This document shows positions 61,520 through 64,000 of a stretch of DNA of 64,000 nucleotides, one piece after another. Under the pieces are notes generated by a model that did no database searches, was not told the DNA's origin, and saw nothing but the letters and a program-made list of their open reading frames with translations. The stretch comes from Gammaproteobacteria bacterium (GTDB taxonomy: Bacteria > Pseudomonadota > Gammaproteobacteria > S012-40). A program made the position numbers and the translations under genes. The stretch covers positions 1,571 through 65,570 of the forward strand of contig JAOUHV010000009.1 in the NCBI GenBank assembly GCA_029884425.1. Direction: 5' to 3'. Numbering within the stretch: the first letter of the stretch is position 1; every line of letters starts with the position of its first letter.

Positions 61520-61927
61520 TTAGTGGTCAGTACCGGTAGCCGGTACGCCTTGCTTCTTGGAAAGATAATCTTCGACCGCTGCCTTGATGGCATCTTCGGC
61601 CAACACGGAGCAATGCACCTTCACCGGCGGCAGCGCCAGCTCTTCGGCAATCTCTGTGTTCTTGATTTGCTGTGCCTGCTCCAGCGTCTTGCCTTTGACC
61701 CATTCGGTCAACAGCGAGCTGGAAGCGATGGCTGAACCACAACCATAGGTCTTGAATTTGGCGTCTTCGATCACGCCCTGGTCGTTAACTTTGATCTGCA
61801 GACGCATCACGTCGCCGCAGGCAGGCGCGCCCACCATACCCGTTCCAACCGACAGATCGTTCTTGTCAAAAAAACCAACATTGCGTGGGTTTTCATAATG
61901 ATCCAGAACTTTGTCACTGTAGGCCAT
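61520..61927 (-). CDS. iscU: Fe-S cluster assembly scaffold IscU
   Basis: Near-identical pattern to E. coli IscU (MAYSDKVLDHYENPRNVG, GAPACGDVM, YGCGSAIASSS, LPPVKVHCSVLAEDAIKAA) with all three ligand Cys and the His. Start at the second ATG. Confidence 0.85.
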   Translation of the reverse strand: MAYSDKVLDHYENPRNVGFFDKNDLSVGTGMVGAPACGDVMRLQIKVNDQGVIEDAKFKTYGCGSAIASSSLLTEWVKGKTLEQAQQIKNTEIAEELALPPVKVHCSVLAEDAIKAAVEDYLSKKQGVPATGTDH

Positions 61928-61986
61928 TGCCATCTCCTTAAACTAGCGCGCAAAAATATAGCATTTTTTCGCGACAAACAACACTC

Positions 61987-62439
61987 TCAAGCTCTTTTAT
62001 CGGCAGCGTCGGGAATTAGTTCATCAGTATCCACTAATATTTCATCCTTCCCGGGCTCTCGTCGATTCCGCAAACAATCTGCCAGGCTAATACCATCCAA
62101 ATACCGGTACAAGCGCTCACTCAGCTCTTCCCAGAGCCTAAAGGGCTCATAGTGCTCATGCTGCGGTAACCGATACAGGGTACGCTGCTCCACCGCCTCT
62201 ATCACCTGGGCGATACTGATCTGCGCCGGATCGCGCGCCAGCACATAACCTCCGCCCGGACCGCGCATCCCCTTGATCAACTGGGCCTTGCGCATATCGG
62301 CAAATAACTGCTCCAGGTACGACAAAGAAATATTTTGTTTTTCAGCAACTTCCGCTATTGTCAACGGCCCTTTTGCGTGGTTCATAGCCATATCGATCAA
62401 AGCAGCAACTGCGTAACGACCTTTGCTTGGTATTCGCAT
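61987..62439 (-). CDS. Rrf2-family regulator, IscR-like but lacking the Fe-S ligand cysteines
   Basis: N-terminal 90 aa align closely to IscR (MRIPSKGRYAV..ISLSYLEQLF..GMRGPGGGYVLARD). The region where IscR has C92/C98/C104/H107 reads EQRTLYRLPQHEHYEPF with no Cys. Sits 53 nt upstream of iscU. Confidence 0.7.
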   Translation of the reverse strand: MRIPSKGRYAVAALIDMAMNHAKGPLTIAEVAEKQNISLSYLEQLFADMRKAQLIKGMRGPGGGYVLARDPAQISIAQVIEAVEQRTLYRLPQHEHYEPFRLWEELSERLYRYLDGISLADCLRNRREPGKDEILVDTDELIPDAADKRA

Positions 62440-62558
62440 ACGCAACCTCGGCAGCACAGCCATCATTGGCAATCATACAAGGTCAATCTACGAAAACTGA
62501 GCAAAAGAGTCAAGAATAAATTGTTTATGAATTCCCTTTGTTTTTGTCCATGTTTTAA

Positions 62559-63287
62559 TCAAAAGTCTCCGTACCTGACCTGAAGGATACTGATCACCGC
62601 CAGAGCTGCGGTTTCGGTGCGCAGAATACGCGGCCCCAAACGCACCCCGATAAACCCTTTGGCAACTGCACCCTCAATCTCCGTATCACTCAATCCTCCT
62701 TCCGGACCGATCAACAAATGAATGGGTTGAGTCGTATCCAGCTCCGCCGTCGAAATTGACTGCGCCGCCAACGGATTGAGCACCAGTCCAACGCCCCGGG
62801 CTTGCAACAGCCATGGCTCCAAGTCCATCGGCGCATGCAATGCCGGCACAATCTCCCGACCACATTGCTCACACGCAGCCTCGATGACACCTTGCCAATG
62901 TTCAATGCGCTTTTCCAAACGATCAGGTGGCAACTTCACATTACAGCGCTCGGTAAACAACGGCGTAATCGCCGTCACACCCAGTTCAACCGACTTTTGC
63001 AAAGCAATATCCATACGTTCACCACGTGAAATCGCCTGCCCCAAATGAACGTGCAAGGGTGACTCCTTATCCAGCTTGGCAAAGCTATCAAGCCGGACAA
63101 TCACCTGACGTTTTTGCACATCCACAATCGTTGCAGTGTATTCTCCACCCTTGCCATTAAATATTTTCAGTAAATTACCGATTGATAGCCTCAACACTTG
63201 ATTTACGTGGCGAGCTGCCTGATCAGGCAGCGGCAATTGCTGACCAACCGCTAACGACTCATCTACAAATATCCTGGGTACACGCAT
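62559..63287 (-). CDS. rsmE: 16S rRNA (uracil1498-N3)-methyltransferase
   Basis: Collinear with E. coli RsmE (MRVPRIF, LHVHLGQAISRGERMD, ACEQCGR, LLIGPEGGLS, LGPRILRTETAAL). Start at MRVPRIF rather than 63383. Confidence 0.85.
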   Translation of the reverse strand: MRVPRIFVDESLAVGQQLPLPDQAARHVNQVLRLSIGNLLKIFNGKGGEYTATIVDVQKRQVIVRLDSFAKLDKESPLHVHLGQAISRGERMDIALQKSVELGVTAITPLFTERCNVKLPPDRLEKRIEHWQGVIEAACEQCGREIVPALHAPMDLEPWLLQARGVGLVLNPLAAQSISTAELDTTQPIHLLIGPEGGLSDTEIEGAVAKGFIGVRLGPRILRTETAALAVISILQVRYGDF

Positions 63288-63364
63288 TGCATTCTGCCTC
63301 ACTTCACAAACTGAACTATTATAATCCAGGCAACCTGCTTGGGTTGTAGCAAACGAGGATACGC

Positions 63365-64000
63365 ATGAATCAAAAAACCACAATGACGTTACAATTTTTC
63401 GCGGAACAACTGGGGATGGACAAAGCGTCCCTGGCGCAAGCCATTAGCCGCCGCCTGATGTTCACTGTGGGCAAAGACAGCTTTACCGCCACCGAGCGCG
63501 ATTGGTTGCACGCAACGATTTATGCCGTCCGTGACCGCGTCATTGAGCGCTGGATGGAGACGATGCGCAACTACTATCGCCAGGACCGCAAGCGCGTCTA
63601 CTACCTCTCGCTCGAATTTTTGATGGGCCGCGCGCTCTCCAACTCACTGCTCAGCCTTGGCCTCACCGACGTTGTAGGCGATGCGCTGCGTGAATTAGGC
63701 ATGGATTTGAATGCTCTGCTGGATGAAGAAAACGATGCAGGACTGGGCAACGGCGGCCTGGGTCGGCTGGCCGCCTGCTTCCTGGACTCCATGGCTACGC
63801 TGCAAATGGCCGGCTTTGGCTACGGAATTCGTTACGAGTACGGCATATTCCGCCAGAGCATCGAAAACGGCAAACAGGTAGAGCATCCTGACAACTGGTT
63901 GCGCTACGGCAATCCGTGGGAATTTTCACGCCCCGAAGTATTGTTTCCGGTTAAATTCGGTGGACGCGTCATCGAGTACAGCGACAACAGCGGTCGCATG
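63365..64000 (+). CDS. glgP: glycogen/maltodextrin phosphorylase (5' part; continues past window end)
   Basis: N-terminal 212 aa show phosphorylase signatures (YLSLEFLMGRAL.N, ENDAGLGNGGLGRLAACFLDS, GYGIRYEYGIFRQ). It is absent from the ORF track because it has no in-window stop. Confidence 0.85.
   Translation, partial: MNQKTTMTLQFFAEQLGMDKASLAQAISRRLMFTVGKDSFTATERDWLHATIYAVRDRVIERWMETMRNYYRQDRKRVYYLSLEFLMGRALSNSLLSLGLTDVVGDALRELGMDLNALLDEENDAGLGNGGLGRLAACFLDSMATLQMAGFGYGIRYEYGIFRQSIENGKQVEHPDNWLRYGNPWEFSRPEVLFPVKFGGRVIEYSDNSGRM

Overview
This ~64 kb stretch looks like gammaproteobacterial chromosome (GC about 55-57%). All calls below come from reading the six-frame translations and remembered motifs and orthologues; no database search was possible. 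Most of the window is core metabolism with clear E. coli-like orthologues: purD, metH, cysB, hemF, hemJ, tsaC, nudE, cysQ, nudF, rlmA, rsmE, iscU, ylqF/rbgA, an EF-G paralogue, pbpG, an lpxL-family gene, and a partial glgP at the end. Accessory content includes a type I restriction R subunit plus a PD-(D/E)XK nuclease gene abutting the 3' end of tRNA-Arg(CCG) at the window start. There are several sensory modules (a PAS histidine kinase, a PAS-GGDEF protein, a LuxR-type regulator beside a PEP-CTERM protein, and a binding-protein lipoprotein + hybrid kinase + REC-kinase operon). A secreted protein fuses a degenerate 5'-nucleotidase-like domain to a tetraheme cytochrome c, immediately after hemF. 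A Cys-less IscR-like regulator sits next to iscU with no iscS between them. The standout is a four-gene plus-strand operon at 52373-59317. It encodes a ~994-aa PFL2-class glycyl radical enzyme (Gly loop RVAGYSAYF, active-site G-C-I-E), a 215-aa unknown protein, a PflA-type radical-SAM activase with no auxiliary Fe-S insert, and an ~830-aa protein built from two homologous halves of unknown family. It is bounded by a promoter-like region, which also holds an orphan antisense-strand terminator, and by a strong bidirectional terminator. I could not match the substrate or the partner proteins to any glycyl radical enzyme system I know, so this is the most likely candidate for an undescribed system. 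No CRISPR array, IS element, integrase or rRNA was seen.
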